DNA from: Patescibacteria group bacterium
GTDB lineage: Bacteria; Patescibacteriota; Patescibacteriia; UBA10025; JAHIVO01
DNA length: 64,000 nucleotides
Reading direction: 5' to 3'
Assembly (NCBI GenBank): GCA_028718605.1
Contig: JAQULM010000001.1
Coordinates: 94,693 to 158,692 of the forward strand
In this document: positions 46,853-56,330 of the stretch, one piece after another
How positions within the stretch are numbered: the stretch's first letter is position 1
Layout: each line of letters starts with the position of its first letter
The notes under the pieces: generated by a model
The model's input: only the letters and a program-made list of their open reading frames with translations
Databases searched by the model: none
Told to the model about the DNA's origin: nothing
Translations under genes and position numbers: made by a program

Positions 46853-47860
46853 AACGAGAATTTTTTTCTTACTGTACTTCGGGTCCTTGTGCTCATCCAT
46901 CCATTTGAACACGTCCGCGCGCTTGATGCCCACGGGGCACACGCGGTCGCACCTGCCACAGTTGACGCACCCCATGATCTGGAATTCCCGCGGCGTCCTG
47001 ACCCACTTGTGCGCGTACCAGTTTTGGATGCGCTGGGCATTGGTTTTTAAAAACTTTTCTCCGCCGCCGATTTCTGAAAAATCATTGTAAAAACATGTGG
47101 TCCATGACCGTACGCGTTTACCGCTGCCTTTCTCCTTTGTCGCATGCTCATCGGCGATATTGAAACAGTAACACGTCGGGCAATCAATCGCGCACTTTCC
47201 GCACGCCATGCAGATCTCCCCCCAGTGCAGCCATGCGTCCTGCGATGCTTCAACGATTTGCTTCCGGTGCCGCTCGAGGTCAGGGTCAATGCCCTCTTCC
47301 TTGATCAACCCTGCAAATTCAATATGTTCATACGCTGTGAAACCAAACGCATCCAGCGTTTCCTGGCCGCGCTCGCTACCGGTGAACACTTTCCATTCGT
47401 TTTTACCCGATTTCACGAGCAGGATGTCGAATATAACGTGCTCGAGGATGTCCTCCTCGTACCGCTCGCGCAAGTGCCCGGAAAAACCTGAGCCCTCGAA
47501 GAACGCATGCCCGACCAACAGGTTGCTTTGGCGCTTTTTCTGGTAGTACGGATCCCGCTCAAACACCTGGTGGAATAAGCCGACAGCTTTCAGGTCCATG
47601 ACTGACATCAGAAAACCGCATTCCGGCGCATACGGCTCTTTCCGCTCAGCGAGCTTCCCGCGCCTGAATGTAAAAAGCTCATCGCGCTTCGGCACCAGGA
47701 CGTGCTTATAGGTATTGATAGGGATTTGCGGGGAAAAATCGACTTCTTCCAGCTCGTGGACTTCATCTACATACAGTTCATTCCCGTCACGAACAGGCGC
47801 GTATACTCTATACTTTTTCTTGAGGTAAACGAAAAATTTCTTGAGCTGTTGTCGCGTCAT
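46850..47860 (-). CDS. sulfhydrogenase-type beta subunit (4Fe-4S dicluster)
   Basis: CMACGKCAIDCPTCYC, CVNCGRCDRVCP. Confidence 0.92.
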   Translation of the reverse strand: MTRQQLKKFFVYLKKKYRVYAPVRDGNELYVDEVHELEEVDFSPQIPINTYKHVLVPKRDELFTFRRGKLAERKEPYAPECGFLMSVMDLKAVGLFHQVFERDPYYQKKRQSNLLVGHAFFEGSGFSGHLRERYEEDILEHVIFDILLVKSGKNEWKVFTGSERGQETLDAFGFTAYEHIEFAGLIKEEGIDPDLERHRKQIVEASQDAWLHWGEICMACGKCAIDCPTCYCFNIADEHATKEKGSGKRVRSWTTCFYNDFSEIGGGEKFLKTNAQRIQNWYAHKWVRTPREFQIMGCVNCGRCDRVCPVGIKRADVFKWMDEHKDPKYSKKKILV

Positions 47861-47914
47861 AGTGGATATATTATAACAAAAAACAACGCGTTGGACAAAC
47901 GTGCACGGTGATAT

Positions 47915-47950
47915 AAAAAACGCCGGACCCACGAGAGCTTCCGGCGTTTC
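47915..47950. terminator. bidirectional terminator-like hairpin
   Basis: AAACGCCGGA/TCCGGCGTTT stem with A/T runs. Confidence 0.6.
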
Positions 47951-47988
47951 TCACGGTGGTGAGGATCGTATGGAGTACATACGACACC

Positions 47989-49656
47989 TCACTTCAGAAG
48001 GAGCATCTTTTTTGTTTCAACTGCCTCAAAAGTTGCGAGGCGGTAGAAATAGACGCCCGAGGAGTACTGGCTCGCATCCCACGTGATAGAATACTCGCCA
48101 GCAGGCTGGTCTCCGTCGACGAGCACAGTTACTCGCTGACCGAGGATGTTGTACACATCGAGCGTGACGTGCGCGGCATCCGGCAGTGAATAGCTGATGG
48201 TCGTTACGGGATTGAACGGGTTCGGGTAGTTCTGGGACAGGGTGAAGGTGATAGGAAGGATATTGCCGTCCTCCTGGCTAACAATCGATGCCTTCCCGGC
48301 GACCTGACACGGGCTGATGGGATCCCACTGGTTTGTGCCGGTTGCAAAAATGCGGTAGAAACTGCTTCCCTTCTTGAAATCCTGGCACCACTTCCCTCCG
48401 TAGTAGAAACGGTCAATCGTTGCGCATCCGAATTTCGCAACGCCACCATTCGCATCGTAACGGTCCTTGATCGTACCGTACACCCAATACGCCTCATTGG
48501 TCGCGCATTCGTTTCCTTCCCAATTCTCCATGTCGTACATGATCATGCCAGGATCACCCGTTGGCGCGTCAGTGCCGCCCTGGAAATCCTGGATAACGAT
48601 GTTGCCATAGAGAACGTGGACCCTGTTCATCGCATTACCGACATCGCGCGATGCGCCGTTACGGTCATAGGCATCCGCAAACAGGTAAGAATACCTGCTG
48701 TTCCAGATTTCGCCGGATGACCATCCAGGAGCGCACGTTTGGTAACCGGAGATAGTACCATTTACGATGTACCCTTTTTGGAAGTCCTGGCGCCATTTCT
48801 CGGGACTACTTGAAACCTTATACGAGTTCGTAATCGGCATCCCGAGGCAGGAGTTCGGGCCGCCTTGGCCAGAGGAACCATTCAATCCGCAACTTACCGA
48901 AAGGTTATCCCAGGTGGTCCACTTCTCCCATCCAACGCAGTACGCATACATAGCACCGCCGAGAGCATCGTAGACGATTGCAGCTTGGCCGGATGAATGG
49001 ATAGCGCGCTGGCAGTTAGCCGCAGCGAGATCGTTGTCGTACGTGTTGTACGCATATGTCGGGAACGGATGGTACCACCCGACCGAACCGATACTCGAAC
49101 CGAACGCGGTATTCGGGCTCTGCGGCCAGCCGTACGGATTGCGGTTATTCATCGGTTTCGAACGTCGCTCGCTGATGAGCTGGGATGGGGTCTTGGTCTG
49201 GCGATATGGAACCGGGCCACCGTAGATAAAACCCTGATCAGTGCTCGTATAGCGCTTAGCGCGTACGCCAGCGTTACATTTTGAGCAACAGTTCATCTCG
49301 GAAACCCAGAATGAACCGTCTGAGTGCACGTACATTACAAAGGCGACGTGGCCAAGTTTTGGGATTTTCGCAGCACTGAAACATACGATACTTCCTACGC
49401 GAGGCGCGGAGCCACGCGAAAGATTTTCCCGGATAGCATCCGGCCACCAGCCCGTCCCATCGCCGTGAACCCCTTCGCCATCAAGATCAGGCCTTTGAGC
49501 ATATGCCCACCAGGTACAGTTACCGTTATTCGGACAACACTCATAGGTGTTACCAGGATAGCGGACACCGCCACACTCCGGATCTGACGCGGCGATTACG
49601 TTCCCTACCAGTAGCAAGATGATAGGGATAACAAGCACTACATGTCTGAAATTCAT
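47989..49656 (-). CDS. secreted CHAP amidase with LGFP-like repeats and T9SS type A / FlgD-Ig C-terminal domain
   Basis: Signal peptide; NCTWWA, GHVAFV, VSEMN; LGMPI..RQDFQKG; LSQNYPNPFNP...YNILGQ...SSGVYFYRL...KKMLLLK; AAGGAGG SD. Confidence 0.88.
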   Translation of the reverse strand: MNFRHVVLVIPIILLLVGNVIAASDPECGGVRYPGNTYECCPNNGNCTWWAYAQRPDLDGEGVHGDGTGWWPDAIRENLSRGSAPRVGSIVCFSAAKIPKLGHVAFVMYVHSDGSFWVSEMNCCSKCNAGVRAKRYTSTDQGFIYGGPVPYRQTKTPSQLISERRSKPMNNRNPYGWPQSPNTAFGSSIGSVGWYHPFPTYAYNTYDNDLAAANCQRAIHSSGQAAIVYDALGGAMYAYCVGWEKWTTWDNLSVSCGLNGSSGQGGPNSCLGMPITNSYKVSSSPEKWRQDFQKGYIVNGTISGYQTCAPGWSSGEIWNSRYSYLFADAYDRNGASRDVGNAMNRVHVLYGNIVIQDFQGGTDAPTGDPGMIMYDMENWEGNECATNEAYWVYGTIKDRYDANGGVAKFGCATIDRFYYGGKWCQDFKKGSSFYRIFATGTNQWDPISPCQVAGKASIVSQEDGNILPITFTLSQNYPNPFNPVTTISYSLPDAAHVTLDVYNILGQRVTVLVDGDQPAGEYSITWDASQYSSGVYFYRLATFEAVETKKMLLLK

Positions 49657-49726
49657 TTCAGACCTCCTTGATTTGAACGTTACTGTGTTTAAGTTGTTAA
49701 ATTTCGATTTATCTGATTGTTAGTTT

Positions 49727-50668
49727 CTATAGAAACTTGAAGCTTTCCACCATATCTGAATCAAAATCTTCGAAAGGATCAAAGCTTTTAATAAATGTTT
49801 GCGCTTGCCCTAAGTTCCACGACACGAAAATATGCTTCTTCTCATTATAAATTAATTCCGTTGCATAATTCACAGGACACTCGCTTTCGTTTAGCTCCTT
49901 ACCATCCCCTTCAATCGAAATACTATATATCCCATTCCCAAGTTTAGATTGTGTCATAGCACCTAATTCGCAACCCGATCCATAGCGATCCCGAATAGCC
50001 TGTCGTAATTCAGAATTATTATTTATGGCTTTCACTTCAATCTTCCAGTTACTCTGATAATATTGGTCTTCCTGCACTAATGTTGCTAAAGTCGTATCAA
50101 TTTTAATACAATCAGAGAAATAGCTATGATCTATACCATTAACCGTTTCATCGGTTCGCCCTTTTAATTGATAACTATAACTATTTACCAAATAAACGGT
50201 ATCGCTATTTTCAAAAACTGATGTGGGAATCATCGCATTAACTGGCCTATATGAATGGTCTTCTGTTCCATCAGATGCAATTGCTTCATTCCATTCGCAT
50301 CCTCCATAGTTAGTCATTATCTGTTTTGGTAGCTTTATTGAAAACCCGAGATGATAATTTGTATATTGTACCCATGTATTATCGATACTAATAATTTCTG
50401 AGGGTTTTATTTCAGGAGAATACGTACTTTGAATAACTGGTATAGTATCATCGCTATTTACAACGGCATTTACGTTCTTATTTGAATTTGCAGTAGTATT
50501 CGTATTCACCACCGCATTAGCATTGCCATTCCCATTCGTATTCACCTTACCTGACAAAATCGCGTACGTACCATATGCGGCTGCCGCGACAACAAGGATA
50601 AAAAGCACGATCCAGAGTGTCCGCTGGGCGGGTTTAATTGGCTTGGTTTGGGGGGTTTGGGTGTCCAT
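49727..50668 (-). CDS. membrane-anchored surface protein with Asn-rich linker
   Basis: One TM, N-rich linker, W..YTN...GFSIKLP; AT-rich. Confidence 0.75.
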   Translation of the reverse strand: MDTQTPQTKPIKPAQRTLWIVLFILVVAAAAYGTYAILSGKVNTNGNGNANAVVNTNTTANSNKNVNAVVNSDDTIPVIQSTYSPEIKPSEIISIDNTWVQYTNYHLGFSIKLPKQIMTNYGGCEWNEAIASDGTEDHSYRPVNAMIPTSVFENSDTVYLVNSYSYQLKGRTDETVNGIDHSYFSDCIKIDTTLATLVQEDQYYQSNWKIEVKAINNNSELRQAIRDRYGSGCELGAMTQSKLGNGIYSISIEGDGKELNESECPVNYATELIYNEKKHIFVSWNLGQAQTFIKSFDPFEDFDSDMVESFKFL

Positions 50669-50944
50669 AGTATACTAGTTTAATTAATCTCTACTGTAAG
50701 CGTAACACCTACAAGTGGTGCGTCAATGCAGGAAACATTAGCGTTTTTGCATTAACGTGATCGGGCAACCAAAAAATCTGTGCATAACAAAAAACGGTGC
50801 ATCGGGATATCCACCGATTATTGCGCCGTCGCGACGGCGCGAAAATATTTTTACGTGGCTATTCCTTTTTTCTTCTGCCTGCCCGATCGGTACTATTTTA
50901 ATGCCGCCCTTTAGAAAGAAATGTTACGGAAATTGTGGGAGGAG

Positions 50945-51110
50945 TAACGGTCCGTCCAGGACGGACCGCCGCGTCCTGTTCGAGCGTACGAGCAAAAGCG
51001 AGAAGCGAGTTACGCGACGGAGTGACGACGAGCCAATTTCTGTTAATTTCTTTATATGGGCGGAATCTCTTTTCTGTCACTTTTCTGGATTGGCAGAAAA
51101 GTGACAATAA
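50945..51110. repeat. palindrome-rich intergenic element
   Basis: Perfect CGGTCCGTCC-A-GGACGGACCG (50948-50968); 13-bp stem TGTCACTTTTCTG/CAGAAAAGTGACA (51075-51106). Confidence 0.5.
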
Positions 51111-51171
51111 AAAAATGTACAAATTGAAAAAACAAGCCCGGCCGCGGAGCGCCACGCCCGGAAGGTAGTAT

Positions 51172-54027
51172 TTACTTTTTCTTCCGTTCTTCCGCTTTCC
51201 CGATCGGCAGCGTGAAATGGAACGTCGAACCCTTGCCGATGCCCTGCGATTCCACCCAGATCGTGCCGCCGTGCGCCTCGGTCAATCGCCGGGCCACGTA
51301 CAAGCCGAGGCCGGAGCCGTCCGGATTCACCTGTGCGATGCCAAATCCGCGCACGAACTTCGCGAAGAGCTTCTTCGCCTCCTCCGGCTCGATACCGCGG
51401 CCCGTGTCTTTCACGCTGACGAGAATATCGCTTCCCTTCTTCACGGTTGAAACCACTACACTGCCGGCATCTGTATACTTGATCGCGTTATCTACCAAGT
51501 TCAGAATCATATCATCGAGCTTGTCGTGGTCAGCGGAAATGATCGGCAATGCGGTTTTCGGCTTATTATACTTCAGCACAAGCTTCTTGTCAGTGGCGTT
51601 CTTCTGGACGACCGACAGCACGTGCTCGACAATCTCCTCAACCTGCGTTGGCTGGAGATTCAGCACGAGCTTACCGGATTCGATCTTCGATACGTCCAGG
51701 AACAGGTTAATGAGCCGTATCATGCGCTGGGATTCATCGAGCAGCCCCTGCAGGATCTTGTGCTGTTCAGCCGGCACCTTACCGAAGTCTTCCTGCAGTA
51801 TCATGGACAGGTAGCCCATGATGCCGGTCATGGGCGTGCGGAGCTGGTGCGACGTTATTGAAACGAATTCCGATTTTGCCGAGTCAAGCTGCTGCAAATG
51901 CTTGTTCGCTTCGGCAAGTTCCGTATTCGACCGTGCGAGCTCTTGGTAGAGCTCGATATTCCGGTACACGATGCCGGTCTGGTTCGCAAGCGCCTTCATG
52001 ATCGAGAGGTCAGTATCCCTGAGCGTCCCAGGGTCGCGCTGCATCAGGAAATCAATGACGCCAATAATGCCTTCTTCGGAATAGATCGGGACTGCGATGA
52101 CTGTCTTGAGCGCGATAAGCGACTGGATTTTACCGCATACATCTTCTGGAACTGCCGGGGAGAGGAACTCGTGAAGTTCACTGCCGATCTGGATTTTCCC
52201 GAGTTTAATCGCTTTCACGGACCTGCTCGTGCTCGTCTGGAAATTTGAATAGAGTTCTGACAATGGTTTACCGATCAGGTTCATAATCTCCGGCGTCATG
52301 AGCCCGCGCGTGACCGCATCCGGGAATAACTTGTGCCTTTCCCTTCCGAGAAACATCACGATGCCGCCCAGGTACCCGAGCTCGTCCGCGATCGCGTCGG
52401 CGATCGACTGCGTCACTTTGCGAAAATCAAGCGTTTTGGTCATCAGCGTCGTCACTTTCTGTAACGCTGACAGGAACTTGTTGCGCTCCTGGAGCTGGAC
52501 GTTAGTGCTACGGAGGTCCTCGGTTGCGACCGCGACTTCCTTCTTCAGCCGCTCAGTAAACCGCTGTGCTTCCTCATATAAGCGTGATTTATCGAGTGCA
52601 GACGCGAGTTGCGGACCGATGAGCTTCAACAGATTGAGGTCTTCTGATCCATATGGATCACCTGACATCTTCGGTCCGAGCACCATAACCGCATTTAAAC
52701 TATTGCCAACGATAATGGGTGCAACCACGCTTGCATCGAGCTTGTCGAGCTCGGCTTTTGACGACTCGAGCTGTTTCCGTTCCCTCTCTTCCTGCGTATC
52801 TTCTATCTTACGTTCAAGCGCTTCCAAAACGATGACTTCATGGGACGTCTTCATGTATTGCACAAGCGGATTATCGTGCCCGAGACGTTCCCCAATGCCG
52901 GTCTGTCCTGTTATCTGCCCCAACGGCATATCGGGAAGTTTTTTCCCGGTCTTTGGGTCAATCCTACCCCTGCGCTTAAAAAATGCCCCGCCAATCGATG
53001 CCGATAAAAATATTGATACGTTCTTGACTTTCAACTTCGATTCCAATTCCCGCGACATTGAAAACAAAAGTATGTCCAAATCAATTTCACGATTAATGAT
53101 TTCACTTAATTCGGAAAGGAGGTGCTGGTAATCAACTTTGGCTTTAAAGAAGAAAGTATCAGTAATTTGAGCGATTGCTTGTCGTAATGGATTTAGTAAA
53201 AAGACAATAATTATTGCAACTATGACCTGAATAGCAATTGTTGTTATAAAATCAAGATTTAATGACCTTGGTAAAAGTAATGTCAGCACAACCACAACTA
53301 CCGAAACAAATATCGTAACAACTGAATAAGTAATAGTTCTTAGAATGATTAACCTAATATCAAGTAATTGGTGCTTTATAATTGCGTAAGCTGTAAATAC
53401 TATAAAAAATATTGTTGCAAAGGTGCCATAATTACTTAATTGTGAACTTCCAAGAGCAGGCAAGAATAAATTTGTAATACTTCCGAACACTACAGAAATT
53501 AATAAACCGAAGAATAAATACTTTATTCTTGTTCTTTTAACGCCTACCGCATGACGATAACTATTAACAAGAAAAAAGAAAGCTAACAATATATAAACAA
53601 TAAAATACAGCAGAAAGAGATAATAGAAAGGACCAAAAACGGGTACTATTGGATGAATCGTAATATCTTCAACGCCTGTTATAACTAAATTAGCAAGTGT
53701 TAAACATACGAGCAATATTGCCGGTAATATTATTAGATATGGAATTTGTCTTTTAAATTTATATTTTGAAGGGAAAATTAGAGTAAATAATAATAAAAAT
53801 GCCGGGATAAAAAACGACCCGATAAAGGTCATTTTTGTCCAGAAAAAGGCCGCGGAATAGGAATTAGTCAAATCAACAGTAAAATTTGAAATTAACCATA
53901 CACTTATTGCAATGGTAAAAGAAAGGAAGGTAATATTTACCGTTCCTCTTCGGTTTCTGGTAAACACCAGAATCCCCAAAAAAAGATTTAACCCAACAAT
54001 TAGTAATAATGCTATTAATTGATTCAT
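51172..54027 (-). CDS. sensor histidine kinase, 7TM(HisKA_7TM-like)-GAF-GAF-HisKA-HATPase
   Basis: SHQLRTP H box, NLVDNAIKY, DTGRGI, GSGLGL, GKGSTF. Confidence 0.95.
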   Translation of the reverse strand: MNQLIALLLIVGLNLFLGILVFTRNRRGTVNITFLSFTIAISVWLISNFTVDLTNSYSAAFFWTKMTFIGSFFIPAFLLLFTLIFPSKYKFKRQIPYLIILPAILLVCLTLANLVITGVEDITIHPIVPVFGPFYYLFLLYFIVYILLAFFFLVNSYRHAVGVKRTRIKYLFFGLLISVVFGSITNLFLPALGSSQLSNYGTFATIFFIVFTAYAIIKHQLLDIRLIILRTITYSVVTIFVSVVVVVLTLLLPRSLNLDFITTIAIQVIVAIIIVFLLNPLRQAIAQITDTFFFKAKVDYQHLLSELSEIINREIDLDILLFSMSRELESKLKVKNVSIFLSASIGGAFFKRRGRIDPKTGKKLPDMPLGQITGQTGIGERLGHDNPLVQYMKTSHEVIVLEALERKIEDTQEERERKQLESSKAELDKLDASVVAPIIVGNSLNAVMVLGPKMSGDPYGSEDLNLLKLIGPQLASALDKSRLYEEAQRFTERLKKEVAVATEDLRSTNVQLQERNKFLSALQKVTTLMTKTLDFRKVTQSIADAIADELGYLGGIVMFLGRERHKLFPDAVTRGLMTPEIMNLIGKPLSELYSNFQTSTSRSVKAIKLGKIQIGSELHEFLSPAVPEDVCGKIQSLIALKTVIAVPIYSEEGIIGVIDFLMQRDPGTLRDTDLSIMKALANQTGIVYRNIELYQELARSNTELAEANKHLQQLDSAKSEFVSITSHQLRTPMTGIMGYLSMILQEDFGKVPAEQHKILQGLLDESQRMIRLINLFLDVSKIESGKLVLNLQPTQVEEIVEHVLSVVQKNATDKKLVLKYNKPKTALPIISADHDKLDDMILNLVDNAIKYTDAGSVVVSTVKKGSDILVSVKDTGRGIEPEEAKKLFAKFVRGFGIAQVNPDGSGLGLYVARRLTEAHGGTIWVESQGIGKGSTFHFTLPIGKAEERKKK

Positions 54028-54031
54028 TCAA

Positions 54032-54823
54032 TTAATATTGATTATAAATATATTTTTTAAGCAGCAAATCGATTGCGATAATATTCGGTACAACGACTGG
54101 CTTCCTTTTACCAAGAAGAATAAATAGTGCTTCAGCAACCATGATACTAGCAGCTAACGTTTGAGCAAGTGCAATATTAGGTATGGGAATTCTTTTTTGT
54201 ATAGTTTTACTTATTATCTCCTCATTAATATAGTCCGGTAAAATTGGTGCATATTTTTCAGGCGGAATTATTATTTGACCCACCTCTTCCCTTGACATCC
54301 CTTCGTGCATTCCTAAATATTCGTTAAACGAAATCCCATTAGGATCAAAAATTAATATACTTGCACCATAGCCGATTGCTTGTGGGGCTAACACAAATTT
54401 TTTCTGGTGCTTTGCTTCATTCGTTAATATATACGAAAAAAATAATTCATTATAATCAATGCAATCGAAAATAATATCAGATTGCTTTACAATCTCAGTT
54501 ACGTTCTTTTCATTTAATCCTTCCTTGTGCGGTGTAACTTTAATATTAGAATTAATCCCTTTAACAATTCGTGCCGTTATCTGAGCCTTATTCTCGCCTA
54601 TTGTTTTTTCAAAAGCACTAAATTGATTATTAATATTCACTGCCTCATAATTTTCTGGATCTGCTAATATTATAGACTCAACACCCGTCCTTGCGGCAAT
54701 TTGAGCAGTAATACTACCCATTCCACCACAACCGATCACCCCGATAGTTAAATTGCGTATGGTCTTTTGTTCTTTTTCAGAAAAGATCCCAATGTTTCTG
54801 GCAAACATTACATCATATTCCAT
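54032..54823 (-). CDS. ThiF/E1-like adenylyltransferase
   Basis: FARNIG, VIGCGGMGS, LAD..NINNQ, IGENKA, FDCID. Confidence 0.9.
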   Translation of the reverse strand: MEYDVMFARNIGIFSEKEQKTIRNLTIGVIGCGGMGSITAQIAARTGVESIILADPENYEAVNINNQFSAFEKTIGENKAQITARIVKGINSNIKVTPHKEGLNEKNVTEIVKQSDIIFDCIDYNELFFSYILTNEAKHQKKFVLAPQAIGYGASILIFDPNGISFNEYLGMHEGMSREEVGQIIIPPEKYAPILPDYINEEIISKTIQKRIPIPNIALAQTLAASIMVAEALFILLGKRKPVVVPNIIAIDLLLKKYIYNQY

Positions 54824-54843
54824 ATTTTTGTATGAATTGGTTT

Positions 54844-55317
54844 TTATATAATACTACGAACAATTTGAATCCCGCTACTATAAATAAATATCCAGGTTAC
54901 AAAAAATAAAATATTTATTGAAAATATTAAGTAATACAATCTTTTTTTTTCGTAGCCCAGTAAACAAATCAGAACCGTAGTCACGGGCGTCCCAGCAGAT
55001 AATGTAGAAAAAACTATCCCAGTAAATTCACTATATCGAAGTACCACACGTTTTTTCTTACTTAAAGACTCTTCTTTGTTCTTAATCCAATTATGGAGTA
55101 TGTTAATTATCCTATTGCCTGATTCCTTGCTTTTATTATATAGCTTCGCAATTCCAAAACAAATTAGTATAAACGTTGCTGTAAATAATATAAAGGAGAT
55201 CAGTGGTCCTAAAAAAAATATACTAGAAATAAGTAGACTTTCCCCAAAGATTAACAAAATAACACTAATAAATATTGAAGAGACCGCGCTGCTATATTTC
55301 AATACTCCTCTTAGCAT
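54844..55317 (-). CDS. hypothetical membrane protein (about 4 TM)
   Basis: Hydrophobic and very AT-rich. Confidence 0.7.
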   Translation of the reverse strand: MLRGVLKYSSAVSSIFISVILLIFGESLLISSIFFLGPLISFILFTATFILICFGIAKLYNKSKESGNRIINILHNWIKNKEESLSKKKRVVLRYSEFTGIVFSTLSAGTPVTTVLICLLGYEKKRLYYLIFSINILFFVTWIFIYSSGIQIVRSII

Positions 55318-55397
55318 TTCATATTAGCAATTTATTATATTCTCATTGTAAACAAAAGATTGCATATCTATCGCCGATCTATTAATTTTTTCGTAAA

Positions 55398-56144
55398 TTA
55401 TTTTTTTGAAAAAAAGTTATAAAACAGTGGATTCTTTCTTTTTAAAAAATCCTCCATCTCGGCTACCTTTAATAGATTTGGGCAGGTGTGGCCTTGATAT
55501 GAAGAATATTCTCCGATTCTATTAAATGGAAAGCTCAATTTCAATAGCATATTCAATAATCTATCATCCATAACACTATAAATCTGCGTAATACCTTTCG
55601 ATTTGACATAATGATACATCGCTCGGATAAGTAATAGCATCAAATGAAAACGACGGTAATCGGGTGATAAAATCAAACGTGATATTTCTGCAATATGGTT
55701 TCGATCGATTTTATCTTGACTGTTAATTTTAAAGTGATTTTCTATAGGAAATCCCTTATCAGAAATTAAAATTAGCCGCACATAACCAACAATTTCTTCG
55801 ACACCCCCTTTAAAGTTTCGTTTTAGAAGGACAAAATGTTCAGAGTAGGGATCGTATTCATCACTTTCTAGCTTATGTGGATAATTTGAGGCTTGAAGGT
55901 AATTATATTGCTCACAGTATACCTCATACCGTAAGCGATAAATACGATACATATCATCAAGATTTTGCGAATATCTAATATAAAAATTTCTTGAGGTCCA
56001 ATGATTAAAAATAATAAATTTAAAAAAATTATCAAGCTTTTTAAAAAAACGTTTAATAACTTTATTACTTATTTTAAAATTTCCAAGAAAAATATCCCAG
56101 AGACTTATATCTAGCTCCTGATCATTATCATTTGAATCAGCCAT
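55398..56144 (-). CDS. N-acyl amino acid synthase FeeM / LuxI-superfamily acyltransferase
   Basis: YRLRYEVY, ESDEYD..SEHF, IVGYVRL, FPIE, AEISRL. Confidence 0.82.
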   Translation of the reverse strand: MADSNDNDQELDISLWDIFLGNFKISNKVIKRFFKKLDNFFKFIIFNHWTSRNFYIRYSQNLDDMYRIYRLRYEVYCEQYNYLQASNYPHKLESDEYDPYSEHFVLLKRNFKGGVEEIVGYVRLILISDKGFPIENHFKINSQDKIDRNHIAEISRLILSPDYRRFHLMLLLIRAMYHYVKSKGITQIYSVMDDRLLNMLLKLSFPFNRIGEYSSYQGHTCPNLLKVAEMEDFLKRKNPLFYNFFSKK

Positions 56145-56330
56145 ATACAAATTCCTCTGCTATAAAATCTTTTTTGTATAAAATTAACCCCTGTGCATGA
56201 AAATAGGGGCTTTTCGTGAGTTATTCATACTTTTCGTCTTTATTTTTCTTTCACCTATATTGTACCATATTTTCAGGTAAATTGAAAGGCTCTAGTGTCT
56301 TACGCTAAAGTAATTCAACACCATTCCAAT

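Noticed and set aside
51212-53131. Long + strand ORFs opposite the histidine kinase (and similar ones elsewhere)
   Set aside because: Antisense shadows of well-supported genes
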